A stretch of DNA of 63,785 bases, the filler included, from Cercozoa sp. M6MM (lineage: Eukaryota > Protista > Endomyxa: Ascetosporea): NCBI GenBank assembly GCA_040357565.1. It is 10 parts of 10 records of this genome, joined end to end, with 100 filler letters (N's around TTAATTAATTAA, not from the genome) between each part and the next. Parts side by side here need not be neighbours in the genome. Positions count along the whole stretch, not along the records: positions 44,273 to 60,900 come from JBDODJ010000281.1; positions 61,001 to 62,246 come from JBDODJ010002098.1; positions 62,347 to 63,785 come from JBDODJ010002034.1; 7 more parts are not named here. The stretch is one strand, 5' to 3'. The translations under genes were made by a program, and so were the position numbers. Each line of letters opens with the position of its first letter. Positions within the stretch are counted from its first letter, which is position 1. Under the pieces are notes generated by a model that did not search any database, was not told the origin of the DNA, and saw only the letters and a program-made list of their open reading frames with translations. Positions 49,881-62,365 of this stretch are shown one piece after another.

Positions 49881-51003
49881 TGGTGTGCATGTATGTGTGA
49901 CTGACGGTGCAGTGCACGTGGCGAACCGTCTGATCGATCGCGTGCCGCTGAGTCGCGACGGCGACGGCGACAGCGACGATCAACAGTTGCGTCAGGCCGT
50001 GGCCGAAGTGGTGGCGCACATGGACGCCATCAACGCCATGACGCCCGTGCTGCACGAGCGACTGCGCGAGCGGCGGAGCGACAGTGCCGTCCCTGATCGC
50101 GACGGTGCCGACAGTGACACTGACGATGACGACGATGATGATGATGATGATAACTTGTTCGAGCGAGACAGTTCGGTGCTGACGCAGACTGCCAGCTCGC
50201 GCGTCGGCGACCTGACCGACACCGTTCTCACCGTCACTGACACGGACACGAACACGGACACGGACACAGACAGTGGTACTGACGGTGTGACTGACGCTGA
50301 CACTGACGAGTTCACCAAAGAAGTGGCCTGCGCTGGCGCTGATGATCACGACACCGTCACTGCTGATGACACCAGTGCCGAGATCATCACTGATGTCACT
50401 GCTGATGACACCGTCTCTGCCGACGAGGAGGAAAACGTCGATGCTTTTGAATCGTCGGACAACGTCAGTGCTGTGGAGATTCGCGACCTGTGCTGCACTG
50501 CGCTCACGTACGACGGTCTATGTTTCATCCAGCCTCTCCTGTGTGACCCCTTTTTGGCTCTTGTCTCGGTAACAGTGCGGACTCGATCGCTCGACTGGCG
50601 TCGCCGCCGGTGCTGCAGCGATTCAGTGAAGTGCAGACGCAGATTCACGAGGAGGGCCTGTACGACCGTGCGCCTGTTGTCAACATGCTGCTGTCGCACC
50701 TCGTGCCGCACATGTTGCAGTACGAGGTATCTCTTCCCCCTCCCCCTGTCGTAACCTGTAGTATAAACCTCGAGTCCCCTGTAGAACAAGCGCGAGTTGT
50801 TGCCGCTGTTGCCGTTGCTGCGTGTGATGTTTTCCTGCGAATTGCCGACGCTGCCGCTCAACACGCCGCGGAAGAAGCTGTCGAAATCACAGCTGGCCGA
50901 CCTCCGCTCGCGCCAGATGCTGCTGTCCTCTTTGCCTCGAGTCTTGGGTAAACCTTACCCTTCCTCTGCTGCTGTGTGTATGTGTTGTGTGTATATGTTG
51001 TGT

Positions 51004-51040
<37 letters not shown>

Positions 51041-52690
51041 TGTGTGTCTGTGTGTGTGTGTGTCTGTGTGTGTGTCTGTGCGTGTACGTGGTGCGTTGGT
51101 AGACGCAGACGAGTTGGAGCACTTGACTGTCATGTTGGACATTGTGCGTTCGCACCCGGTCTATGCCGAGGCACTGCGATGGCTGCTGCCACGTGTGGTA
51201 CCTTCTTTGACATACTGCATGTACGCTGTGCTTTGTGAAAGACACATGACTCGCGGTGTAGAGCAAGGATGAAAGACGCCAGCACATTAAACACCTAGAA
51301 CTCTCATGGCGTGACGCCATCCTACGAAACGAACTGGTACAGATAGCATGAAAGTAGGTAGGGTAGGAACACAGCACTACATTTGTGTACAGGGTGCACA
51401 AACGGCCATGAAAGAACTCAGGCGACTCATGCCTCCGACCAAGGTCACTACACCTGCCAAGTCGGAACCTATAATGTCCAGACCGGCCCGGAGATCCGCC
51501 AAGCCGAATCCGTTCGACTCGGTGCCAGTTGACACAGTACGTTTCTCCTGTGTCCAAACTCTGTCTAGTTGCATGTGTGTATTCTGCAAAAAGCAGAAGC
51601 TACAACTGCTGGCAAAGGTGCGCGCAGTGCTGGGTGCTCCCGACAGTGACGACCGAGACAGGAGGTGTCTCTCTTCATATTGCTCTGGTCTATAGCGTTG
51701 TTGGTACCTCACTTGTGTTCACAGGAAACCAGTGCGCACGGAGACGGACAACACGCACCAAAGAACGCGTCAAAGACACGTCACGCTCGCAGGATACAAG
51801 CAAGGTGCCGAGTCGCTGAGGCAAGGCAATATCCAACGCTTTGTCGAACTCGACGTGTCGCGCGTGCCTGCTGATTGGTAAATGAGCACACTTTTTCTAA
51901 CTACTCACTTTATTGTTTCTTCTCTGCCCATTTAGGCTGAAGTTCCCACTCAAAAGCCTCTCGCGCCCTCCTCCATGGATGATACAGACGTTGGTACACT
52001 GTGGTCTTCCCACCTGCACCTGCGCATGCTAACAGTGTTTTTGTTGTTGAACAGGACGCTGATGGTGCGCAAGCTTTGTTGTCGTGGCTTCGGCAGCTTG
52101 TGCAGCTACGCGAGACTGACATCACGGTACCTATGACTGTCTTGATGTGTCTTCTTTTTTCTTAGCTTCTTTGACACAGAGCGATGCGACAAACGTGCGT
52201 CGTGTGGTCCTTGCACTGCAAAAGATCGGCGTTCGGTTGTCGCACGCGGCGGCTGATGACGTTGTGTCAGTCGTGAAGTCCGATTGGCGGTTCGCCCGGT
52301 GTCTCGGCTCTGTCTCGCATGTCCTCGTACCTTTCTTATGCTTTAACTTGTTGCCTCGTATTTTTGAATTTGAGTTCGAGCTGATCCTGTAGACTGCCGA
52401 GCAATTGGAGGATTGTCTCAGCTTTGTGGTCACCGAAGCTTCCACTTCACCAAGTTTCGACAATGTGCCGTCCCTTTGTGGCGTGCTGTGCCTCGACGCT
52501 GTGCCACCAAGGTATTACCCCCATCACTCGAAGCTCTTTGTTTGCAAGTGTGCATACTGAAAAATGTGCAGGTTACGGCGGAAACTCCTCGAATCGTACG
52601 AACATGTGCTGCTAGCGAACAAGGGACGCGATACGGAATGCCAGTTGCTGCTGCAACAGCTCCAGCTGCTTCGGACGTCACAACTTGAAC
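47810..52690 (+). CDS. Large hypothetical helical protein with Asp/Thr-rich low-complexity insert (may be more than one gene)
   Basis: Long run of + strand exons with GT-AG introns. Acidic exon at about 49912-50515. No family recognised. Confidence 0.45.
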
Positions 52691-52941
52691 CACAGTAGCT
52701 TAGCCTTCTGCGCTTGCATTAGTTTAACTACCTTAGTAACTGACCGGGCGTGAGTCACTTCGGATACCAGTAGTACGGTGATTTTTTTTAAAGATGACTG
52801 ACGTGAGAGCGTGCGTGCCAACCTTCGCTCCGCGCGGATTTTTCAGTCTTCGAGCGTTTCAGTCGAACAACAAAGCTCGAGCTATCACCAGCGTCTTTTC
52901 CTCTCACCCACTTCTGCTTTGCGTCTGCTGTGCTCCACGAA

Positions 52942-54225
52942 ATGTCAAGTCGGTCTCGACCTCGAAAAATTGCCATCCAGTGAGTTTCAGTTTCCCGAGC
53001 TCAGTTTCGCGTTTCACGTTGTTATCGATATGAATGCACCTACCGTCGCATGTGAACAGCTACTTCGACATTCCAGTAACAGCTGAGTTGCCTCGCATAA
53101 TCTGCCAAGTGGCTGCTCCGTTGCTTAGTGCGAAGGTAAGTTTACTTTCCCAAGGAGTACCTTGAGTCCCTCTCTTTCATTTGAACTAGTGCAGGGAATT
53201 GAAGTTCTGGATGTTCGTCATCGCCCCCTCATGTTCGAAGAAGGATACGCAAAGAAGCACATCCAAATGAAGGAAGAGATCGGTTCCCTAGAGGTACAGT
53301 CTACTATCTTACGTGCACATGATTCGTGCGACCAGTGACTTCATATTGTGTTTCCTTCAGTTGTACGGTCAGTTCCCGGTGCTCGAAGTCAAGGAAGAGA
53401 ATGGGACTGTCACACGGTTTGCGCAAAGTGCGGTACTTGAATTTCCAGTTTAAGTTACTTACTGTAGTTTGCATTCGTGTCCTTTCCCAGAATATCGCCA
53501 AGTACCTCGCGAGACTTGGCGAATTGCTGGGCGATCCGTCAGATCCCAACGTCGCCAATGAGGCGAGGTACTACACCTTCATCGGCGCGCTGTCTTTTCG
53601 CATCTCCAGTATGGATGTATGTACTCCGTCTATTCACAGCTTCATCGATGCAATGAACGGTAAACACAGCTTCATCAATGCAACAGTATTTAAATATCAA
53701 CCCCTTAATCTCTGTTTGCAGAGATGCAATCTCGTGTGGGAGCGATCGTCGAAACCAGCGCGCCAGAGGACTTTACGGAGATCTGGCAGAATGAAGGAGT
53801 GCTGCTCTCTCTGCATCGCATGGAGAACTTCCTCAAGCAGCGCCTTGCCGAGGATGATCTGCCCTTGGAAAGCGTCGGTACTGGTGACAAGTGGGTGTTT
53901 AATGGTCGTCTCGGTGTCGTGGAGTTGTGCTGTGCGGCTCTGCGTCGTATGGCCAACTTTACCTACAACGAAGACATCAACGGCAACTGCGCAATGTTCG
54001 ATAAAGAGGGTCTACACTTCTTGCAGGGTGTCGCTGCTGCTGCGGGTGCACTGAACTTTCTCTTGTGTACAGGAGTTTGTATAATTTGCTTTGCTTGCAG
54101 AAACGCACTTGGCAAGGCACGAGCCAGTGCTGAGTCGGGTCTTCATCTGGCACAGCGACGAAGCAATAGAAAATCCTGCAGCAGACGCTTACCGTGAGTG
54201 GCGCTCCAAGTTCTTTGCAGCTTGA
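52942..54225 (+). CDS. Divergent glutathione S-transferase, paralog B
   Basis: MSSRSRPRKIAIHYFDIPVTAELPRII, LYGQFPVLEV, FAQS, NIAKYLARLGELLG. Same exon layout as paralog A. Confidence 0.78.
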
Positions 54226-54346
54226 GCGACACAAGTGTCTGCTTCGCGGAAAGTTGTCAGGATCTCCCTGACGCACAAAGAAACCACTACGCTACGCTAT
54301 GTAGTTCCCCTGTAGCAGCCCAGGGGCCGTCACTATTTGACTGACT

Positions 54347-54822
54347 TGTTACTGACGGTTGTCAGTGAAAAGAACTAAATAAAAGAAGTAAGTCGTCAAT
54401 TGGACGAAGCGAGGGAATCAATTGATTCAGTTTGTCGAAGCGAAGTGAAGAATTACCCCAACTGGGTTCTTACGTCAAACTAGACAGAGTTGTAGACGGA
54501 ATCTTCCGTCACGGGGAAAATCGTGAGAAGATTTAACCAAAAAACCTTTCTCTCTAAAGCAGCCAATGCACACTTGTAGAGGTGGATATCAGTACAAACA
54601 GCAGAGCAACTGACCAGCTGATGCCAAGTAGGTGAGGTTTTCTCTTGAGTCAACTTACAGGACAGGCTTTCAGACAGGTCCAGCCACAGCTCTATAGGCA
54701 GTAGTACCGCATAGCCACAAACTCTTAACTCTTCTTTCTCTTTTACTTCAATGATGGGAGACCAACTGGTCTGTCTGGGTTTATCCCCGCGGAGACTGCA
54801 TAATCTGAGTCAGTCTGTAACA
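54347..54822. mobile_element. Solo LTR (copy 2)
   Basis: Termini TGTTACTGAC...GTCTGTAACA (short inverted repeat), 4-bp TSD GACT on both sides, AATAAA present. Homologous to 33151-33528 but about 100 bp longer. Confidence 0.88.
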
Positions 54823-55013
54823 GACTAACACGTAATAAACCGAACAGACCCCAGGGGCCTAATCGAGAACCGACGAACCGACGACGGAAATTGAAGTGAA
54901 TGGAAACCGAAAACGAGATCACTGCAACACTCCACCACGCTAGTTCACGTCAAGCAAATCCTGACATTTGATCAAACCGCCGCGCCGAGAGTGCCAGTGT
55001 GCATCAAGTGCGT

Positions 55014-55250
55014 CTACTTGAGAGCTGACAGGCCGAAACCGACTCCGAGAAGAGCGGCACAGGCGCCGCCCCTGCACACAAAGCAAAAAACGCGGTCTAC
55101 GACAGAAGGAGGGGATATTAAGACACGCAGGTCGAGGCGTACCAGCCGGCACTGCGCTTGCTGAAACGCACGGCCTTGATGAGCACGTTTTCGCGGTGCC
55201 ACTTGGCGACGATTTGCTCAACCATTTTCTATGGGAGCACCAGTCATCGC

Positions 55251-55317
<67 letters not shown>

Positions 55318-55679
55318 CACACACACACATACACACACACACACACATACACACACATACATACACAGACACAGACACAGACACACATACACAGACACAA
55401 GACCCACAAACATAGGTTACCTTGTCTTGGGCCGGAAGTCGCGCAATCTCCTGCGCTGGGACCTGCTGCAGACGCCACTCTTGGAACAAGTAGTAGCCTG
55501 AGCACAAGCACTCGCGTTAATGTGACCCGTTGGGTTGGTGGCAGTGACACGTTACTCTCTGTGAAGAGACCCATGGTACTGCCGAGCGCAAAACCCATGC
55601 CAGCTCCCAGTCCCACAGACCGCAATGGCCGCGGCAGTTGCTCCCAAGTGCTCTTTTGCTGCATCTGTCCTTTCTGCAC
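55014..55679 (-). CDS. Romo1/Mgr2-like (Tim17-family) small mitochondrial membrane protein
   Basis: Gly-zipper TM GLGAGMGFALGSTMGLF and C-terminal GGACAALLGVGFGL. Confidence 0.45.
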
Positions 55680-56797
55680 AAACGAAAGGAACAGTTAAAA
55701 CACACTTTTTTTGCGGACTGGCTAACCTGTCTAAATATGGCTCTAAATACCAACAACACACGAGAAAATCACGTTACACACGGCTACTCTGTCTATATGC
55801 GCACAGCAGTGCCGTGGGATTGCGAGTGCTGGCTCCAGCTTGCAAATAAAAACAGGAGTTTCCAGTCCTGCAGCTTTCTGGTTTGCTGTATCAAGCACGG
55901 AGAAGGCCAACGGGGATACATGTAATTCTACAATCACGCAACGCTGACATACACTTTACGTTGTTAGCCCATCGATGGGCGAAAAACGTGCCTCTTTTTG
56001 TGAGCTGGAGGCTTAAAAGGTCTGTCCACGGAAGTAGCAATGAGGAAAAAACGCATCACCGAGGCAGTCGCACCCCGCAAGGTGCTGCTGGATTTGTATG
56101 TGGAGGCTTTGCACGTCAGTCCTACGCAAATTTTTTTGCGTAGCTTTGCTCTACCCTGAACAAACTGATGGCAGTTGACCAAGAACATCCTAAAATTAAG
56201 TGGTGTCCAAAACTGGACGCAGACTTTACTGTAGTCCCAAGGCTCTGCTTTCAGTTTTGGATTCATTCAAGCTTCTCAAGCTTTGAACTTAAACTGGGGC
56301 CTGGCGATGTGGATCCGTATTTGGTGCTAGCACTGCGCAGGCATAAACTAATCGATACTTCCAGGCACTCCGAGTCATCATGCCAGCGATGCCAGCATCC
56401 CGTGAAAGTCCGAAAGACCGCCGTGTCCGTGCGCGCAGTGTACGACCGGGACCGGAATTTTGGGGCCAGGAATACTGCGCAAGCCGCCAGTGCGTAGTGT
56501 ACAACAGCGAGCGAACACCAGGGGTATCGACGCGCACGACAGGTCGCGGTACGTGTGCAGCTTTGTTTTAAAACACACATGAGTCGTTGAACTCTAAGGA
56601 CCGGTTTGCGCTTTTCTCTGTCCGCAACGAGTTTACGTTAAAGCGCACCGCACCGCTTGGAGGTTTTTCATGTGATCATTGATCGGTTTCACTTTGCGTT
56701 TCGGTTTCGGCTTAGTCTAAATTGTCAAACTATTTTGATAGTTTGGACAGCCAGCGCTTTTTTCTTTGATTGATCTTGTCTTAGTGTTTTGTAGCTG

Positions 56798-58787
56798 ATG
56801 TCCGATCGACGTGACAACGAAAGAAGTGGAAAAAAACCGCGCAAATTCGTCGCTATACCGTCGGTCCTGAGCAAAGAGGAGTTGCGCCGAGCCCTCGCAC
56901 GGGAAAAGCAACACGTCGCGCAGTTGACCGACGAGCTGGCAGACCTGCGGCTGAGTTCTCTCAAAGATCTGGTTCCGCGCGGCTACTCCCTCATGTACGT
57001 GCCGCATTCTCAACTCATGCAAGCTCTCGACCGACAACTGAAGGAGCAGCGGGCTGCGACGACTACGAAAAATACCGTACGTTAACGCGCACTACAATTG
57101 ACTTAATTTAACAGAGTCCTACTCTTACAAATATGCAGTCTCGCGAGCCTACTGTCATCGCCCCCGACGAGTGCGCAAGTGCGTTGTTCGCTTGCGATAC
57201 GTTTGACGACTTTGAGAAGACGTTTCTCGATCTGATGAGTCAAAAGTGGTTATGGAAGCGCGCACAAGATGAGGACGCACGCAACGTGCAAGAAGCATTG
57301 CGCGGCAGGACTGTGCACCCCGATTACGCGTCTCGCTATCAATCTTACAGGTTGACTGAGGTGCGCTTCAAGCTGTTGTGCGAGCTTGTCGGCATCACTG
57401 TGCACATCCCGTGGGACTACGCCTATTACGTAAGATTATGTTCGACTTCCCTTGCTGACAAAAGCGATACCGAACTGACCAAATACGTGAGTGTTATTGC
57501 GCAGATTGCCCCAACCAGTCCCAATCACAACCACACCAAAGAAAGCGAGGCGGACGGTATGTCGCTTGAGGATGCGACTTCGAAGCTGACGTCACTTTTC
57601 GAGAGCCTCGACGTCACGCCGCCGGTCGATATAGACGATCCAGAGACCATGGTCATTGTCATGCGGTTCAGCCCACGCACATGGCTGACAAGTGATCATG
57701 ATTCGGATAGTGGTACCGAATATTTTTGCACGTGAGTAAAATTACTACTAATGTTGTATACTGACTGTATCTTGGTGTGAATGAAATCACAGACTCCGAA
57801 TCAGGCGGCTGTAGCTCTGACTCGGACTTGGAGTCTTCATCCGAGAAGGAAATTGGAAAAGACAGGCCTGCAATCGAGGAGCTCGTCAAACATCTATCGC
57901 GCGCTTTCGAGTTACTCTCGCCTGACAGAGAGCCGCCGAGATCAACCGAAGCCGCCTCCAAGGTCTCTGTGGTTCTGGCGGCAGGTGTCAGTGGCTGGTG
58001 GCGTGCAAGTGGTTGGAACACTCACATCACAAAGCGCGTCGCGGTGGCCCTCGCGACCATGGAGACAGTGCAGCACCGGTCTGCGTTGTACTTGCCGCGA
58101 CTCAATCGCGTTGGTCGGTCGCCTCAGCTTGTCATGCATGGCCTTTGTTGCCTGGCAGTCCTGTCGCGTGCTGGCTTGCACGTGTTCGAGCACATACAGC
58201 GCAGTGAAACTGTTGCGAAACTGCTATGGAAGCATGTGAAACGTGCATGCTTGGCAGTGCTGCGACAGGGGCACATACACTGGCAAGTGTACCTGCTGCG
58301 TGCCGAAAACAGCCGACTGCTCGCTGATCGTGGCATCAGACTGCTCGCTGATCGTGGCATCAAGAAGCTTTGCGAACGCGGGTGCGGGAAGTCGTTTGCA
58401 ACGCCGGGAGAAAAGCAGGATCACATGTTCAGCTGTCGCAAGCGCAACAGGATTCGTTGCGAGGCTGGGTGCGGCCATGTGTACACGTCAAGGTACAACA
58501 AGTACCGCCATTGGTTCAGGTGCCATAAGCGCCCTGCAAGCTTCTGCGAGCTTGGCTGCGGGCATCGCTACACCTCGGCGCGCGACAAGGGCGACCACAT
58601 GTTCGCCTGCAGCAAGCGTGAGCGGAGGCAGTGTGAGGCCGGCTGTGGACATATCTACACGTCGAAGAACGACAGGACCGACCACCAGTACGTCTGCAGT
58701 AAGAGAAGCAAGATCCGCTGTGACAGGTGCGGGGTCGCGTTCACGTCGTCCAAAAACAAGTCGCGGCACAAGCTGCAGTGCCTCTGA
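56798..58787 (+). CDS. Protein with C-terminal array of five C2HC zinc fingers
   Basis: Three long ORFs in series. Repeats CERGCG...HMFSC, CEAGCG...HWFRC, CELGCG...HMFAC, CEAGCG...HQYVC, CDRCG...HKLQC. Confidence 0.7.
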
Positions 58788-59536
58788 GTTCTGCCGTACT
58801 GCAGCTCTAGTGCAAAAAAGTGTCTTAGCTACTCTCGCTGCTCTAAGTGTATTTCAGTGTTTCTTGATCCATTCCTTTTGTAAACCCCAGAGCGCGTACA
58901 GTTGCCGAGTACCGTCGCACGGCGCATTACTTGCTCAACGCTGCCACACTTGTGTACCCGCGTTTCAGATGGCAGTTGCGGCAGGACTTGCGCGGCGTCG
59001 CACTCAGCGCCAAGCTCGCACGCTTTTGGAACGCGATGTTGTCCCCTTGTCCATTTGATACCTCCGTGTTCCGAGTGTACAAGTACCCGTTGCTCTCTTT
59101 CCCTCGGGGAACTCCAAAAGCTGCAGCAGTTCTAACGCAGCGCAACAACAACAGTTTTAGTCGGGGTGCGATTACAATTGTAATCGCAAACCGCTACTCC
59201 TAGGGATTAAGCCAAATAACAAATCTAAACTAACCGAGAGATTTAGACTGCCAAAAACAATAAAACAACAAACGCGTGCCGTCGGAACGCAAAAGTGATC
59301 ACAAACCGTGCCCAGGTGAAGCGTGTGCTGCATTTTCCTGTTGTTTTTGTCAAGTTTGCAGTGTTGCAGTTTGTACAGTCCGCAGGTACTCGTTGCACAT
59401 GCCTTACTGCGTTGGGTGCATCCTTTGTGCATGGATTGGGATTTTGCTCCTTTGCAGTTCTCCGTTGCGTTTTGTTTTTGCAGGATAAGACCTCGGCCTG
59501 AAGTGTGATTGATTGAGAGAGTGTGAAACCAAAAAA

Positions 59537-60790
59537 ATGTCGAACGAACAGCGCTGGGCCGTTCTTCAGAAGCGCGTGTTTTCGGTGGGTTCACACGTCA
59601 CTGATTTTTGTACCTTTAATTGCTCGTTTGTTTTAGCGCTACGTTGCTCTGAAGCTACAAGATGTGCCTGCCGTGGACACGACGACTCTGGAGTAGTTTA
59701 ACTACCAGTTCTCGTTTTGCTCAAAGCACCATGTGGTGAGTGTTTATTGCCTTCCGCAGGGACGTGTGCCAGCCGGGTGCCCTGACGGGCTACATGCTGT
59801 CGCAACTGGTTGCACGTCTGGCCGACGTGGAGCCGCCTTCCGGCAAGAAGGTTAAACAACTGTTTGTTGCGACTCTGGAGATTTTGGCATTTTTCGCACT
59901 GTTCGGCAGTGTCCGCCCGGAGCGAGCAAGCTGCGTGTCAAGCAGATCGACTCGATGAACAACGCGCTGGCGTTCGTTGAGTCACAGGGCGTCACGCAGA
60001 AGGTGCGGAACCCTCTTTGCTTTCTTACCCCCCTCCTGTTTGCCCCCCTACCCTCACCTACTACCCTCACCCCCTACCCCCTCCTACCCACTCAACACAG
60101 GTCAAGACGTCGGCCGAGAACGTCGTCGATGGCGAGGTGCTTTACCTCCCTTTGCCCCCTTTACCCCTTTTACCCCTTCCCCTTTACCTCTCCCCAGGAG
60201 CGACCTATCCTCGGTCTCATTTGGGCCATTATGTCGCGTTTCGAGAAGTTCGGTATATGGCACTTGTACCCCTCCCCCACTCCCATTTAACCCCTCCCCC
60301 GCCCCCTGGAGGACTGGGGGGCGCCGCTGTAATCCCTTCCTTACTTTTTACCCCCCCCCCCTGTAACACTTGCAGGTGACGATGACACCGACTTGGATGC
60401 GACGGCCTCGTTGCTGGTGCTGCTTTTACCACCCTTTACCCTCCCCCTCTTTGCCCCCCTTTACTTCCTTACCCTCCGCGTAGATGTGGCTGCGCAACCA
60501 GACGCGCAACTTTGAGGGCATCACGATCAAGGACCGTCCGTTCAACAAGTCGACGATCGACCTGGTGCTGGGTAGGCCACGTGTGCGATCACTAGAGTGA
60601 TCACAGAGTGGGTGGGTCACTGGGTGATCGCACGTGCTCACTGTAGGTGCACTGATCGCCAAGAACCGTCCCAGTCTGCTGGAGTACGACGAGTTGCGAC
60701 ACAGCGGCGACTCCGTCGGCAACTTTGCGAAAATTCTCGCCGCTGCGAATCGTTATTTCGGACTGCCAGCCTACATTGAGCCTGCCGAGG
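59537..60790 (+). CDS. Tandem calponin-homology (alpha-actinin/filamin-type actin-binding domain) protein, 3' truncated
   Basis: WAVLQKRVFS, NNALAFV, SAENVVDG..RPILGLIWAIM, WLRNQT, ALIAKNRPSLLEYDEL, ANRYFGLPAYIEP. Confidence 0.88.
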
Positions 60791-61803
60791 TTTTACCCCC
60801 CTCCCCCTGTTTACCCCCCTTGTTTAACCCCTCTTTACCTTCCTCTTTACCTTCCTCTACCTCTACCTCTACGCTTACCCCATCTTACCCCCCCCCCCCC
60901 NNNNNNNNNNNNNNNNNNNNNNNNNNNNNNNNNNNNNNNNNNNNTTAATTAATTAANNNNNNNNNNNNNNNNNNNNNNNNNNNNNNNNNNNNNNNNNNNN
61001 GGGTAAACTACCTGCACAGGCCGCACACGCGGTGCACGTCGTTCCACATTCGGCACATTGTTCTCCGCCTCTGTCACAAGGGGCAAGGGAGGTAACACGA
61101 GGGTGGGGGGGTAACAAGAGGGGGTAACAAGAGGGTAGGGGGGTAACACGAGGGTAGGGGGTAACAAGAGGGTAGGGGGTAACAAGAGGGGTAAAGGGCC
61201 ACAAGCAAAGTGTCCATACCGATTTGCGCAACGAGAGAGACACGCACGTCCCTGCAGACAAGGTGGTCAGATCCCCTCCTTCCTCCACCGGGTACCCCAT
61301 CGAGATTACCTGGTCAGACACGCCGCGTCCGAGATGTCCACATGCTCGTCTGTGTCCTGCAACATCTGCCCAGCAACTCAATAACAGCGAGCGGTACATT
61401 TGGACTGTCCTGCACAAGGAGAAACGCACCAGACTGACATGACTCGTCGGCACGACCGAGTCCAGCGCCGCCAGCATCTTTACAGAGATGCTCAGCATGT
61501 GCAGCAGCGTGCTGGCTGTTGCTCACAGCACTTACCACCTCACAAAAATGAGGACAATGCACCTGCTCGTCTGGCCTCGAGCAGCTCAATCGACCAATCA
61601 GCAGCAAAACGCGCACTTAATAAACACTCAAGAGCCGGCCTTTCGCGCTGTAGCAGTGTGCAGAGTGCAGCACGCATTGCTTTAACTAGATACAGCGTTG
61701 CCAGCGGCCGGCTGTGCAAGTTGAGAGGAGTTTTTGGCGAAATTATTTGTCTGGTCAAGTGTTTCTGAAAGAGGCGGCGCGTTGGGCAAGCTTGTGACAC
61801 ACA

Positions 61804-62121
61804 ATGTTCGATCTCGACAGGAGTATCGAGCGAGTGCGTCAGTGTCAGGTATGTCAGGCATGCTGAGTGTGTTGGTATGTCGGTGCAAGTGTGTGCCTGT
61901 GTTTCTCGCAGTGTCTGCCGGAGAATGATCTGCGCGAGTTGTGCGAGCTCGTGAAAGGTCTGCTGATTGAGGTAGCTGCTTGCCCACCTGTTTACCCCTC
62001 TGTTCACCCCCCTGTTTACCCCCCTGTTTACCCCCTCCCCCGTTTGTTCCCAGGAAGCGACGGTACAGTCACTGTCGTCACCGCGTATCGTGTGTGGCGA
62101 CATCCACGGGCAGTTCTATGG
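61804..62121 (+). CDS. PPP6C: Ser/Thr protein phosphatase catalytic subunit, PP6/Sit4-like (3' truncated)
   Basis: MFDLDRSIERVRQCQCLPENDLRELCELVKGLLIEEATVQSLSSPRIVCGDIHGQFY. Confidence 0.8.
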
Positions 62122-62246
62122 TGTGCTTTTCCCTTTACCCCCCTGTTTACCCCCCTGTTTACCCCCCTGCTTACTCCCTGTTTACCCCCTGTTTACCCCC
62201 TGTTGACCCATTTACCCCCTTAACCCCCCTGTTTACCCCCCCCCCC
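61985..62246 (+). repeat. Intronic C-rich tandem repeat (CCCCCTGTTTA)n, representative of a window-wide family
   Basis: Similar tracts occur in introns at 240-345, 605-675, 14400-14800 (-), 35300-35410 (-), 60030-60900, 61080-61200 (-), 62590-62655 and 63210-63350. Confidence 0.85.
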
Positions 62247-62365
62247 NNNNNNNNNNNNNNNNNNNNNNNNNNNNNNNNNNNNNNNNNNNNTTAATTAATT
62301 AANNNNNNNNNNNNNNNNNNNNNNNNNNNNNNNNNNNNNNNNNNNNCCCCCCCCCCCCCCCCCAG

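Noticed and set aside
61080-61200. GGGGTAA repeats as telomere or interstitial telomeric sequence
   Set aside because: Units are irregular, intron-confined and oriented by host gene; they do not match TTAGGG-type arrays.
61001-61560. PTEN-like (VISMGYP) or PfkB-like gene on the minus strand
   Set aside because: The VISMGYP text falls inside a GT-AG intron and the PfkB resemblance is too short to support a call.
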